Source: an uncultured virus (IMG/VR IMGVR_UViG_3300011438_000001)
Taxonomy: Duplodnaviria; Heunggongvirae; Uroviricota; Caudoviricetes
Virus record (IMG/VR): IMGVR_UViG_3300011438_000001
Strand: one strand, 5' to 3'
Length of the DNA: 64,000 nt
Shown in pieces: positions 1-9,400 of this stretch. How positions within the stretch are numbered: the first letter of the stretch is position 1; each line of letters opens with the position of its first letter. Below the pieces are notes generated by a model. It was not told the DNA's origin, did not search any database, and saw only the letters and a program-made list of their open reading frames with translations. Both the position numbers and the translations under genes were made by a program.

Positions 1-16
1 CATTTCATGGGCATCA

Positions 17-301
17 TCAGCTCGGCCTCTCTTTCTTTTCATTCTCCACCAAGCTTCCTGCCCGGTGGATCGTCACCAGATACTCAACGTCCTGGGGCGG
101 CTGATCCGCCCGGGGCATCGTCACCACCGTGTCGATCTGGACCTCATCGTTGTCCTGGATGATGCCGCGCTTCACGAGCATCTGGCCGATCAGATCCAGG
201 ACGACCTTGTGCGAGACCCGGATTGAAGGAGCAAGCTGCTCGACATCCAGCTGCTGGTCGAGCAACTCAGAACGGCGGTGGTGACGATGTTGTTGGGACA
301 T
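17..301 (-). CDS. hypothetical protein
   Basis: 94 aa ORF directly downstream of 317..922 on the same strand. Confidence 0.6.
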   Translation of the reverse strand: MSQQHRHHRRSELLDQQLDVEQLAPSIRVSHKVVLDLIGQMLVKRGIIQDNDEVQIDTVVTMPRADQPPQDVEYLVTIHRAGSLVENEKKERPS

Positions 302-316
302 TTTTGTTTCCAGTCT

Positions 317-922
317 CTAGCCTCGATTGGCAGTAGCAAGCTGCCGCATCTCTTCCTCGCTCATGGCCAGCTCCGTCGGAGTCCAGCCCCGCGCTACGAT
401 CGCAGCCTTCGCCGCCGCCCGCTTCTCATCCTTCTTCTTTTTAGCCCAGCGAGCCTTCTGCGCAGCGGCTACCGCGGCTCGGCCGGCATCGGAGAGATGG
501 GATTTCTTTTTGGCATCCTTGACCTTGGCCAACGCCACAACCCGTGGATTCTTGGCAACCTTCTTGCTCCCAGCCGGCCGGCCGCGCTTGGCCTTCTTGA
601 CTGGCGCCAGCGGCTCACCCACGTCCAGCCGGCCCACAAAATCCTCGACGTTCTTCAGCGCCACCACCTCATCGAGCATCTGCGCATCGGCATGCTCGTC
701 CATCATCTGATCTTCAATGATCAGCATGGCCTTGTGGATCGCCTTGGCCTTCTCGCAAGCTTTGTCGTATTGGCGAGAGAGATGCGCGAAGAGCACCTGG
801 GCGCCAACGGCAGAGACAGGCTCGCCGGCGATGGGCATGGTGAGGGTTGGAAGCAGGCCAGCCGACCCAACAAGGACAGCGTTAACGTCGATCGTCGGCT
901 TTTTCTTAGCAGCAAATTTCAT
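317..922 (-). CDS. basic putative DNA-binding protein (AT-hook-like KRGRP; SDAGRAAVAAAQKARWAKK motif)
   Basis: Lys/Ala-rich C-terminal half; GGAGA RBS and a sigma70-like promoter upstream. Confidence 0.6.
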   Translation of the reverse strand: MKFAAKKKPTIDVNAVLVGSAGLLPTLTMPIAGEPVSAVGAQVLFAHLSRQYDKACEKAKAIHKAMLIIEDQMMDEHADAQMLDEVVALKNVEDFVGRLDVGEPLAPVKKAKRGRPAGSKKVAKNPRVVALAKVKDAKKKSHLSDAGRAAVAAAQKARWAKKKKDEKRAAAKAAIVARGWTPTELAMSEEEMRQLATANRG

Positions 923-961
923 GGTTTGATTCTCCAGTTTCCAGCATGGAAAATTCCTATG

Positions 962-999
962 CTTGTCAGATCTTACAAGCCTTTGGGGCGATAAGTCAA
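962..999 (-). promoter_or_regulatory. sigma70-like promoter TTGACT-18-TAAGAT overlapped by palindromic operator CTTGTCAGATCTTACAAG (962-979)
   Basis: read directly; 1 mismatch to the perfect 18-bp palindrome. Confidence 0.65.
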
Positions 1000-1007
1000 G
1001 AGCAAAT

Positions 1008-1205
1008 TCAAAGCTTCACCCGCTCGCCCGTGCATAGCACCGTCAGATAAGGCTGGCCCATGAACAGCAATGTCCTCTCCATTGGGTGGTCGTAGTATTC
1101 CCGGCAGCAGATCGGGCAGAAGCACTCACCACTGGCCCGCATGACGGGCTCCCAGATGTGGTCCTGGATCTGCACCAATCGCCTTGATGGGCGCATGCTA
1201 CGCAA
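1008..1205 (-). CDS. small Cys-rich hypothetical protein (CPIC)
   Basis: start overlaps the end of the polymerase gene; CxxC motif. Confidence 0.55.
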   Translation of the reverse strand: MRSMRPSRRLVQIQDHIWEPVMRASGECFCPICCREYYDHPMERTLLFMGQPYLTVLCTGERVKL

Positions 1206-4200
1206 CCTTTTTCATCTCAGCCCAGTTCCTCCCGACCATCACCTCGACCTCGCATCGCAACCCCTCCTGCGCAACTCTATTCACCAGGATCGGGCTCCGC
1301 GCCTCCATCATCGTCTTCACATCCGCAATGCACTCATCACTTCTGCTCCACTTGCAAATAAAAAACAACGCATCGTGCAGGTCGTTGGCGAAACCGTATC
1401 GATCCATCATCCCCTTGTCGTCCATGGCGATCATGCGCAATTTCTTGTGGCAGAAGGCATCGTTGGCCGGTCGATACGCAATGGACGATTCTGAATCCTC
1501 GCCCCACTCCTTCTTGTATTTCTGCCCATCGTTGCCGACCCGCACATCGTCACTGTATTTTGGATCGTAATTATCCGCCACTCGTTGCCAGTGATAAACG
1601 TCCCAGAACCAGCGGTGGCACCCGTGCATGGACCGCAACTTCTTATTCTCGAAAGCTTCCTCTCTAGCATGGTCTTGAAATGCAAACACGGCCGGGAAAA
1701 GTTCCTTGATCTGCCGGCGCACGCTCCCGGCATCCTTCCTGCTCGAATAAGAATCCGGATTCATCTGCCACATCTTGAAATCGCCTAGGCCAAAGCCAAT
1801 CCCCAGGATCGCCGGCTTGGCCTTCTTGTTGCGAATCCAGTTGAAAGTCTTGCCGCCATGCTCGGTCCACAGATGCGTTCCTCCAGTGGTCTTATCTGAA
1901 TTCCACCACTTTAGAATCTGCAGCAATTCCTTATCTTGACGTTGGGCCATCTCGCCCCATTTTTCAAAACCTGGAACTTTGAGCAGATGCCCTGCGACGA
2001 ACGAATGGATGTCCCCTGCGGCCAGCCACATATACTCTGCGCACTCCGCTTCGAATCCCAGAGTCAAGGCATGGTAAGCACGGTAGTCGGCCTCTAGCAA
2101 AACATATCCAGGAGGGGCTTCTATGGACCCGCGCCATGCCTTGGCGATGTCGCCATGCTTAGGAGCGTTTTGAATATTAGGCCCGCGGCTGGAGAGTTGA
2201 TGCGTTGCGGGGGCATGGGTGAAGGTCGTGTGGGTCCAGCCGATTTCAAACCAGCGGCGTTTCAATTCTTCATAGGAGAACTGCTGCGCCAAGTCATGAT
2301 GAGCAGAGTCCCAATGAACCGCCGCCACCTTGGGGGTCCAGCCCCCCGTCGCAGTCTTCACCTTGAACCACCCAACCGGGGTCACCTCCTGGGCTCGCCA
2401 GTCCTTCAGCTCTACTCCCCCTGGCTCTGGCCCGCCCGGGACGATCGTGGTCTCATTCGACAACGGCCACATATACGTAGATCTAATCTTGGAATACTGG
2501 CGATATTCCAGGCAGTCTACAAACAGCCCGTCTTTGTATTTCTTGCCTAGCTTAACTAATGCTTCCTTTCCTGTTGTAGGTTTGCGGGTCTTGAGATCCT
2601 TGGGGATTTCATAACCGCGGGTCTGCATGTAGGCAAGTAATTGCTTAGACGAATTGGGATTGAAAGGCTGAACCCGGCACCACCTTAGGATTTTCTGGAT
2701 CTTAGCGAGACCGGAACCGGCCACGGTTTGTGCCGACGCTTGTGCAGTACCGGCCCCAGCCATTTGACTTTCAGGCCATCCATGGGCCATGTAATATTCA
2801 ATTTGTTGCTGCCCGGGGGCATCATTCCCCGCGGGAGTGTCTCGTCCGGAAACCGGCTTGGTGGACTTGGTGGATTTTCCAACCGGCTTTCCGTCGGCTC
2901 CAACTGCGACTTCGAACCATCGCTGCTCCCAGATCTCTCCAGGTCCGAGAGCAGCTGGAGGGCATGCGGGAGTTGGCGGGCGAACTCCGACTCGCTTCTC
3001 GACAACAGATAGCTCGCCAGTTTCAAGGCTCTTGATTCTTCGTTTGACAATTTTCCCTTCCTTTCCCGGGGTTGCTTCAACCCCATGGATCATCTTCAAT
3101 GCCGTTGCATCATTCGCATATCCATCCTTAGGTTGGACTAGTGTCCTCATCCCAACCGGAACCTTCTCCTGCAGTTTTTCAAGCACCTCCGCCTGGACCT
3201 TTTCAATCTCCAGATCCAGCACCTTCTGCTTTCTTCTGTTCTGTGGGATCCCACGTTGCTCCGCCCCTTCCAGAATGCTCGAGAGTCTATAAACGTGTGT
3301 GTTGTAACTCTCCCAAACGCCGGCATGGTGGAGCGCATCCACCAATCCAGGGACAATCTCGGCCGGCGCCGTCACATCACATGCGCCATAGAATTCTGGA
3401 TCGCTATCGCTCAGATGTTTCCAGGGCGCATAATGCTGGGCAAAAAAGCTGGCGATGAACTGCAATCCTCTGGGCAGATCCGGTTGCCACGCATGCCACA
3501 TCCACATGATGTCGTGAGATCTGGCGCCTGGAGTCCCGGCTGGACCGTGGGTGAAGCCGGCCTCCGCCAGCAATGGGTCGTCAAAGTGCCAACAGTTGAC
3601 TCCATATCTTGGATTGCTCAGCCGCATGAGCTTCTTGCTCCAGCCGATGAACGGCTCTACAAAATCCAGCACCACCGCGACGTTCTTTCTTATGCAGAAT
3701 TGAATCTGCTTGATCCTCGTTTGTCTAATCTCGTGGTTGGGCTCCTCCAGAATCGTCTCGACGTCTGTTGCTGATTCTGCATTCTCATCCTGGAAATGGC
3801 TTGCCCCAATTATAAGAACCCGACCATCCCCTGCCGCCCTGATCTCTCCCTCCTCGACCTCTACGGATTCTTCCGTCTCGATGTCGTAATAGATATGCAG
3901 GTGGGGATTGGAACGTGCATCCCGGTAGACCCCATCCAGGGTTTGGGGATCGGGATTATGAAGCACCCGGATCTGCGGCCTAATCCCCGCAAGAGGCACA
4001 TCGCTAGCGCCCCCCTCAGCCTTCGTTCTTGTGGCCCATCGTACTGCATTCGAAATATCATGTCGTAGAACTCCTGTTAATGAAGGCTTGCCCCTTGCCA
4101 AGTAAGATGGGTGGAAGGTCGGCATCACCGGGATGGGGGATCCGTCAGGCCTTTTATAGCGAAGGGATTCGGTTAGGAACCCGCGGATGTTGGAGACGCC

Positions 4201-4683
4201 GGTCTTCTTTCCAACCAATCCCGTTTGATTGCGCGTTGCCACTCCACCTAAGCTCATGATCAACCTTGGTTGCGTCTGCTGGACTACGAAATCCACATAG
4301 GATCTGCAGCAATGAACCGCATCCATTTCCCATGGCGCCCCCTCCAGCCAGTTGTTCATCGGCTGACAGTTGACCGTGTTGAACATCCAGAAGCCGTCTC
4401 GATTCAACCCTTGGCCTTGAATGGCGCGGGTCCAGACTCCGCCGGCTGCGGCAGTTGGCCTCAACGGAAGGCCATCTCTTGCTTCTGCTTCTCCAAGAGA
4501 CTCGGCAATGGCTAGGATCCCGTAATGACCGGCTCCATCCAGCCATGCGAATCCCCTGCCCTTCTGCGCCTCGGGGCGATCGGAGTTGGGGCCGATCGTG
4601 CATCGAGAACACGGGGAGGGGACTGGCAATGATCCAGCTGGAGCAAGTGGATCCTGCCATACGAGTGGCTTAGGCTTGAACAT
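1198..4683 (-). CDS. polA: family A DNA polymerase with N-terminal uracil-DNA-glycosylase (family 4)-like domain and 3'-5' exonuclease
   Basis: UDG-like CSRC, AESLGEAE, FNTVNC, TFHPS; Exo I YDIET, Exo II NCWHFD, Exo III YGACD; polymerase motifs LSSRGPNIQN, EADY, RNKKAK...GFG, LHDA. Confidence 0.93.
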   Translation of the reverse strand: MFKPKPLVWQDPLAPAGSLPVPSPCSRCTIGPNSDRPEAQKGRGFAWLDGAGHYGILAIAESLGEAEARDGLPLRPTAAAGGVWTRAIQGQGLNRDGFWMFNTVNCQPMNNWLEGAPWEMDAVHCCRSYVDFVVQQTQPRLIMSLGGVATRNQTGLVGKKTGVSNIRGFLTESLRYKRPDGSPIPVMPTFHPSYLARGKPSLTGVLRHDISNAVRWATRTKAEGGASDVPLAGIRPQIRVLHNPDPQTLDGVYRDARSNPHLHIYYDIETEESVEVEEGEIRAAGDGRVLIIGASHFQDENAESATDVETILEEPNHEIRQTRIKQIQFCIRKNVAVVLDFVEPFIGWSKKLMRLSNPRYGVNCWHFDDPLLAEAGFTHGPAGTPGARSHDIMWMWHAWQPDLPRGLQFIASFFAQHYAPWKHLSDSDPEFYGACDVTAPAEIVPGLVDALHHAGVWESYNTHVYRLSSILEGAEQRGIPQNRRKQKVLDLEIEKVQAEVLEKLQEKVPVGMRTLVQPKDGYANDATALKMIHGVEATPGKEGKIVKRRIKSLETGELSVVEKRVGVRPPTPACPPAALGPGEIWEQRWFEVAVGADGKPVGKSTKSTKPVSGRDTPAGNDAPGQQQIEYYMAHGWPESQMAGAGTAQASAQTVAGSGLAKIQKILRWCRVQPFNPNSSKQLLAYMQTRGYEIPKDLKTRKPTTGKEALVKLGKKYKDGLFVDCLEYRQYSKIRSTYMWPLSNETTIVPGGPEPGGVELKDWRAQEVTPVGWFKVKTATGGWTPKVAAVHWDSAHHDLAQQFSYEELKRRWFEIGWTHTTFTHAPATHQLSSRGPNIQNAPKHGDIAKAWRGSIEAPPGYVLLEADYRAYHALTLGFEAECAEYMWLAAGDIHSFVAGHLLKVPGFEKWGEMAQRQDKELLQILKWWNSDKTTGGTHLWTEHGGKTFNWIRNKKAKPAILGIGFGLGDFKMWQMNPDSYSSRKDAGSVRRQIKELFPAVFAFQDHAREEAFENKKLRSMHGCHRWFWDVYHWQRVADNYDPKYSDDVRVGNDGQKYKKEWGEDSESSIAYRPANDAFCHKKLRMIAMDDKGMMDRYGFANDLHDALFFICKWSRSDECIADVKTMMEARSPILVNRVAQEGLRCEVEVMVGRNWAEMKKVA

Positions 4684-4690
4684 CTGTTAT

Positions 4691-5029
4691 TTAAACATCA
4701 ACGGAGGCCGTCTGCCCAAGGGGAGCATGTCTGCCCAAATGCCAGCCTAAAGGCAGCAACGAGAAAACGCACCAGCCATCCTGGATTCCAAACTGGCCAC
4801 CGTGCAGGACATGACCGATTTCGAAATGCAGCTCATGCATAGCTTCACGGCCACTTCCAACCGGCGCCGGCTCTACTATCCACGGCTCTCCACCCCCATA
4901 AGTTCGCATCAAGACAACATGGTCGCCCTCTTGGAACCCGCGATCGTCGCGCCTGCCCTCAAATGTCTTCTCACCCCGCGCCACAGCATCGAAATAGACC
5001 GGCCAGCACTTGAGTTTGTGTGTTGTCAT
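4691..5029 (-). CDS. DUF3850/ASCH-like domain protein
   Basis: HKLKCWPVYFDAVARGEKTFEGRRDDRGFQEGD is typical of this family. Confidence 0.8.
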   Translation of the reverse strand: MTTHKLKCWPVYFDAVARGEKTFEGRRDDRGFQEGDHVVLMRTYGGGEPWIVEPAPVGSGREAMHELHFEIGHVLHGGQFGIQDGWCVFSLLPLGWHLGRHAPLGQTASVDV

Positions 5030-5037
5030 TTGAAACC

Positions 5038-5520
5038 TCAACCAACCCCAGGATATTTAAAAGCCGCCATCACCTTGCTCATCACCCGGTAATGCCGGCA
5101 ATACTCATCCCATCCAACGCTGGTGATCCAGAATCTTTCCCCATCCCGCCCTTCCACCTCGCCGTCGATCAACGGCAATTTGTAAAGCCAGCCCTTCTCC
5201 AGCAGATTCTTCAAGGTCAAATCAACCGCTGACCTTCTTGGAGGCAGGATGTTGGGATCCCCGCCAACTAACAGCCACTCGACCTTCTTGGTAATTCTCG
5301 AGATCGTAGCCAGCCCTGCTGAGCAACTGAGCATCGACTGGATGATGGTGAATTCGAACGAGCCCAGCATCCGGTTGGACGATGCACGGTTGCGCGTGGT
5401 GGCCGGCGAGTAGGCTGGCGCCGCATCGTTGGGCGCGATCGGATCCACCCAGTTGGCTGGGTCAGCCAGTGGACTGACCCCGCCGATGTTGCGCCCGGTT
5501 GGGTCTTGTGGATCAGCCAT
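5038..5520 (-). CDS. PadR-like winged-helix transcription regulator
   Basis: LGSFEFTII...AVDLTLKNLLEKGWL...RFWITSVG resembles the PadR pattern. Confidence 0.55.
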   Translation of the reverse strand: MADPQDPTGRNIGGVSPLADPANWVDPIAPNDAAPAYSPATTRNRASSNRMLGSFEFTIIQSMLSCSAGLATISRITKKVEWLLVGGDPNILPPRRSAVDLTLKNLLEKGWLYKLPLIDGEVEGRDGERFWITSVGWDEYCRHYRVMSKVMAAFKYPGVG

Positions 5521-5668
5521 TGTCCACCTTCCCCTCCACCTTCCCCTCTACCTTCCCCTCCAGGTAAATGCGGCGCAGCAGGGCTTCCAACTCCGCCACT
5601 CGCCGCTTTGCAGCAGCAAGTTGATCGCGAAGTTCATTGACTTCCATCGGAGAGTTTCTCCAGGGCAT
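5513..5668 (-). CDS. small coiled-coil hypothetical protein (51 aa, not in the ORF track)
   Basis: MPWRNSPMEVNELRDQLAAAKRRVAELEALLRRIYLEGKVEGKVEGKVDNG; GGAGA RBS upstream; fills the gap between neighbours. Confidence 0.55.
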   Translation of the reverse strand: MPWRNSPMEVNELRDQLAAAKRRVAELEALLRRIYLEGKVEGKVEGKVDNG

Positions 5669-5702
5669 CGTTATTCTCCCTTCCTACCCGCGAAGCTCAA
5701 GC

Positions 5703-7214
5703 TCAAAGCCATGGGATCACCCGCTGATCGATCTTCGTCCGTCTTGCCAGCACATCCGGACTGCCGACCAGCCTCGTCCCTTGTGCCGTCCTGCACCTGG
5801 AAGCCGCAACGTACATCATCCCGGGCTCGCCGATGAACGCCGACGTCACCATGTCGATCTGGACTCTGTCTAGGGTCAGCCCTTGCGACCTATGCACCGT
5901 GGTCGCCCAGGCCAATCTAACCGGCGCGTAGAAGATCATCCCGACGACCCAGCTCTCCGTCGCCTTGTTCCACCACGCCGTCTTGCCTTGCCGCATGGCG
6001 CCAGTCCCATGATCAACCGCCCAGGTGGCCTCCCACAATTCCTTGGTCGTCATCCCGCGGGGATCGAACTTGGGCCAGTCATTCTTACTGACCTTCTCAA
6101 ATTCACTGGGTGGAGAACTTTGCTCGATGAACCGCATTAGCATGGGGACTTCCACGACCTGACCCGTTCGATGCAGTTTGATCTGCAATGATCCGGTCTC
6201 GCCGAATCCAACAAGAATCCCGCAATCCCCATTGACGTAGCTAAAGTCTGGCAATTTATTCGCCAGGATCATGACCAATGCCCCGACCTTCACCTGCAAT
6301 TGATCTGGAATTTGATCCCATCCCTTAGGCTGGTTCGGCCCCAGCGCCCCACGGTTATGCCAGCGATAGCTTGGAATGCCGAATGTCTGGCCTTCCAGGC
6401 TGGTCAGCATCACAAAATTGTGCTGATCCGCATTCTTATTCGTCGCCATGATCGTCGTGCCGGCGAACCGCTCATCGATCGTGTGCGCCCATTCCACCTG
6501 GGTCTTCATCATGCGATCCCGCGCCTCCAGCCCATCCCCGCGCCTCAATGCTGCGAGTGCCGCCAGGAATTCCGGATCCGTCTGGCGATAGATATGGGTC
6601 AATTTGGTCGTGTGGCCTTCTGCCTGGAAGAATCGCCAGCAATCCGCTTGGAAGGCGAACTTTGCAGAGCTTGGATCTTTGTCATCCGGCACCGGCGGGA
6701 GTTGGTTCCAATCTCCACAAACGATCAGACTCATCGGCTTGTTATCCCCACGATTCCCAGCCTGCCTCAGCCCTTCATGGACGATGTCCAATGCGGGCGC
6801 ACAGAACATGGAGATCTCATCAAGGACGAGAAATTCCTTGCCGGCTTTCATATGGGCAAGCAAGGTTCGCACCAGCCGGCCGCTGATCAAAGCTTGCCGT
6901 AGAGACGGCAGGTTGGAGAACTTGAGAGCAGTGTGGATCGTCGTCACTCCCGTGCCCATGTTCACCGCGGCGATGCCGGTGCTGGCAGTGAATAGAAATT
7001 TCTCCGGTGACCTTTCGACATACCCGCGCAGGATGGTGGTCTTGCCAGATCCTGCCGGCCCAAGGATCGCAAAGCACGGGACTTCAGAATCCTGCACTTC
7101 ATGAACGATTTGATCTTGATCTTCGGCATCGCCAAGATCATCAAAGGGAGTCTCGAGTTTGGGATCCTCGAGCGGCTCGACCTTGTCTAGAATTTCGGGA
7201 TCGGCTGGGGCCAT
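5703..7214 (-). CDS. Pif1-like SF1B DNA helicase
   Basis: GPAGSGKT, TASTGIAAVN, DEISM, GDWNQLPPV, YRQ, TVHRSQGLTL, YVAASR; start chosen after AGGAG RBS. Confidence 0.9.
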   Translation of the reverse strand: MAPADPEILDKVEPLEDPKLETPFDDLGDAEDQDQIVHEVQDSEVPCFAILGPAGSGKTTILRGYVERSPEKFLFTASTGIAAVNMGTGVTTIHTALKFSNLPSLRQALISGRLVRTLLAHMKAGKEFLVLDEISMFCAPALDIVHEGLRQAGNRGDNKPMSLIVCGDWNQLPPVPDDKDPSSAKFAFQADCWRFFQAEGHTTKLTHIYRQTDPEFLAALAALRRGDGLEARDRMMKTQVEWAHTIDERFAGTTIMATNKNADQHNFVMLTSLEGQTFGIPSYRWHNRGALGPNQPKGWDQIPDQLQVKVGALVMILANKLPDFSYVNGDCGILVGFGETGSLQIKLHRTGQVVEVPMLMRFIEQSSPPSEFEKVSKNDWPKFDPRGMTTKELWEATWAVDHGTGAMRQGKTAWWNKATESWVVGMIFYAPVRLAWATTVHRSQGLTLDRVQIDMVTSAFIGEPGMMYVAASRCRTAQGTRLVGSPDVLARRTKIDQRVIPWL

Positions 7215-7361
7215 GTCTTTCTCTCCTATCTTGATTTCATAATAAAAATCGGGCAGCGCCCCTGACATCCACAACTGCGGAGAAGGTAGAGGAATGCGCT
7301 GCCCGTTAAGTTAAGGATCGCCGCTGGTAGGCTGCGATCGTTCCATCATGGTGAGAGGCTC

Positions 7362-8150
7362 TTATCGAACCGGCCACGGGGGGAGACCGGCGATGTTGGG
7401 CATCGGCGGCGGCATTCCCGCGGGCATCGGGGGAGGCGGAGGAGCGGTTGCGACAGGCGGCGCCACCTGGGCAGGGGCTAGGCCGGCAGGCAGATTAGGC
7501 GCCTGCCCAGGGTGCGGAATCTGCCCGATCCCCGGCGCCCCATTGGCCCCGGCGACGTCCACTTGCGCAGCAGGCGCTGGCGGCAACACGGCCGGCGGCG
7601 GCAGGGGCGGAGGAGGAGCAGCAGGCTGCGGCAGCGGCATCGTGAGCACCGCAGCTGGAGCAACCTGCGGGGGCGGCATCGGTGGAGGCGGCGGGGGCGG
7701 AGGTCCACCCATAGGAGCAGGAGCTTCAGCAACCGCATTCGCCCTGGCAGCAGCCGGGGGCCGGCCACGTCGGGCAGGCACGGGCCCAACCGGGCGATCG
7801 TCAGCTTGATGAGCAGCCTGGGTAGCGGCCGCATAGGCCTCGTTAGCAATCCGCTCAGCAGCAGCCTTCTCAGCAGCAGCCTTCTCTGCGTGAAAAGCTT
7901 TGTAATCCGTTCGCTCCATGATCGTCGGCTCTGCTGCCTGCAGTGATCCTGCAAGTGATCCTGCAAGTGATCCTGCAGCTACCGCTTCAGCCGCCAATCT
8001 TGCCTGCATCGCCTGCACAAAGAGCGCAAAGGCCAGCTGCATTTCCACCGACGACGTATACGGATCAGCCAGCCATTGCATCAGCGCCAGCACCGGCCTG
8101 GGAATCATCTCACTGGCCATCTTATCGAGAGCTTGTTTGTTGAGTATCAT
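7362..8150 (-). CDS. hypothetical protein with polyproline/Ala low-complexity C-terminus
   Basis: 262 aa ORF inside the replication cluster. Confidence 0.6.
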   Translation of the reverse strand: MILNKQALDKMASEMIPRPVLALMQWLADPYTSSVEMQLAFALFVQAMQARLAAEAVAAGSLAGSLAGSLQAAEPTIMERTDYKAFHAEKAAAEKAAAERIANEAYAAATQAAHQADDRPVGPVPARRGRPPAAARANAVAEAPAPMGGPPPPPPPPMPPPQVAPAAVLTMPLPQPAAPPPPLPPPAVLPPAPAAQVDVAGANGAPGIGQIPHPGQAPNLPAGLAPAQVAPPVATAPPPPPMPAGMPPPMPNIAGLPPWPVR

Positions 8151-8235
8151 GTTGTTTGTTGTCTCAATTCTTTCTCACCACTTACCAAAGAAAGGGGGAG
8201 CTGGTCCAAACTCCAGCTCCCCTTCTTCCTGGCGA

Positions 8236-9222
8236 TTAGCGAGCCCCCGGGAACGGCGGGGTAAACCCACCAGGACCGCCTGGACCACCGGGCGCACCGT
8301 TGACCGGCCCGCCGATCCCGGCCGGCAACCCCGCCCCGCCGCCGACCGCCTGATTAGCCGCAACCTGCGCAGGCGCGAGCCACGCTTCAACGTCCCAATT
8401 CACCTGCATGGGCAGGCTCATGGTGACCTTCTGACCCTGGCCATTCACGACCGAGAAGTTGCCGGTCGGCAGCGGAATCCACTTCCCGCTCCCGTCCTGC
8501 GTGGCGCACCGTCGATGGCCACGAAGCGACTTGCGATCCTTGAAGCTTTCCTCCAAGGTCTGGCCTTCCCAATCGATCCGGCCCCAGACCGTCGGCTTCT
8601 TGGCCAGCTCAGCCTGGAGATAGGCGATCTTTTGAAACGGGTTAGCCCCTTGGAGCTTGCTCCCCTTGATCGCCTTGTAGAGATCGTCAACGGCGGAAGT
8701 CTGCGCTGACTCCATGACCAGCGTGTTGACGTAATGCTTCCGCTTCCGGCCGGTGTCTTCACCATCGGCGATCTCGATCTCGATCACCAGCTGGGCAAAG
8801 ATGCGCTCGGGCTTGCCTTTAGCCACATTCGCTTCGGTGTGCTTCCACTCGCCAAAATAAGTGGCGCCCTTGTGTTGGAAGGTCGGGCAATCGGATGCAA
8901 GAGCAACCGTGAAGCGGCGGTCACCGGGCTGCGGCGGATCGGGGCGGTCTGCCAAGCTCGAATTCTCATCGACCATTTCCGGCGCCATGGTTTCGATGTC
9001 GAAGCTGGCGAGGTTGACGAGGTTCTTCTTGGCCTCCGCATTAGCGGCCTGGGGCGGAACCGGTGCGCTCAATGGCACGGGGCCACCACCGGGGAATCCA
9101 CCGGCCGGCGCGACGTTGGTAGGCGCCGCTTGAGAAGGGGCAACCGGGGCTACTGGCGCAGCCTGTTGCGGGGCGTTGGGAAACCCAGCGGGGAATCCTG
9201 GAGGGAACGGTCCTGCTGACAT
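8236..9222 (-). CDS. putative single-stranded DNA-binding protein (DUF669-like) with Pro/Gly-rich tails
   Basis: position after the Sak4-like ATPase; beta-rich core IEIEIADGEDTGRK; AGGAG RBS. Confidence 0.5.
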   Translation of the reverse strand: MSAGPFPPGFPAGFPNAPQQAAPVAPVAPSQAAPTNVAPAGGFPGGGPVPLSAPVPPQAANAEAKKNLVNLASFDIETMAPEMVDENSSLADRPDPPQPGDRRFTVALASDCPTFQHKGATYFGEWKHTEANVAKGKPERIFAQLVIEIEIADGEDTGRKRKHYVNTLVMESAQTSAVDDLYKAIKGSKLQGANPFQKIAYLQAELAKKPTVWGRIDWEGQTLEESFKDRKSLRGHRRCATQDGSGKWIPLPTGNFSVVNGQGQKVTMSLPMQVNWDVEAWLAPAQVAANQAVGGGAGLPAGIGGPVNGAPGGPGGPGGFTPPFPGAR

Positions 9223-9344
9223 TGTCTATTTCTCCTAAGTTGAAATTTCGGAAGTTGGTTCTGAAAGTTAATTGCCAAACCCGGCAAGGTGACTTAGGTC
9301 TTGGTTATGGGCCAGGGCCAATGCGATTGGTGGAGCCAACCATG

Positions 9345-9373
9345 CTTGTCAGATCTTGTCAGATCGTATCAGA
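9345..9373. promoter_or_regulatory. tandem operator half-sites CTTGTCAGAT x2 plus a degenerate third, upstream of the putative SSB
   Basis: read directly in the intergenic region. Confidence 0.55.
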
Positions 9374-9400
9374 GGGTTGATTGGAAGTCAACCCTAAAGT

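Noticed and set aside
2230..3100. Intein in the DNA polymerase
   Set aside because: No C/S...HN splice junctions or LAGLIDADG motifs; the inserts are low-complexity
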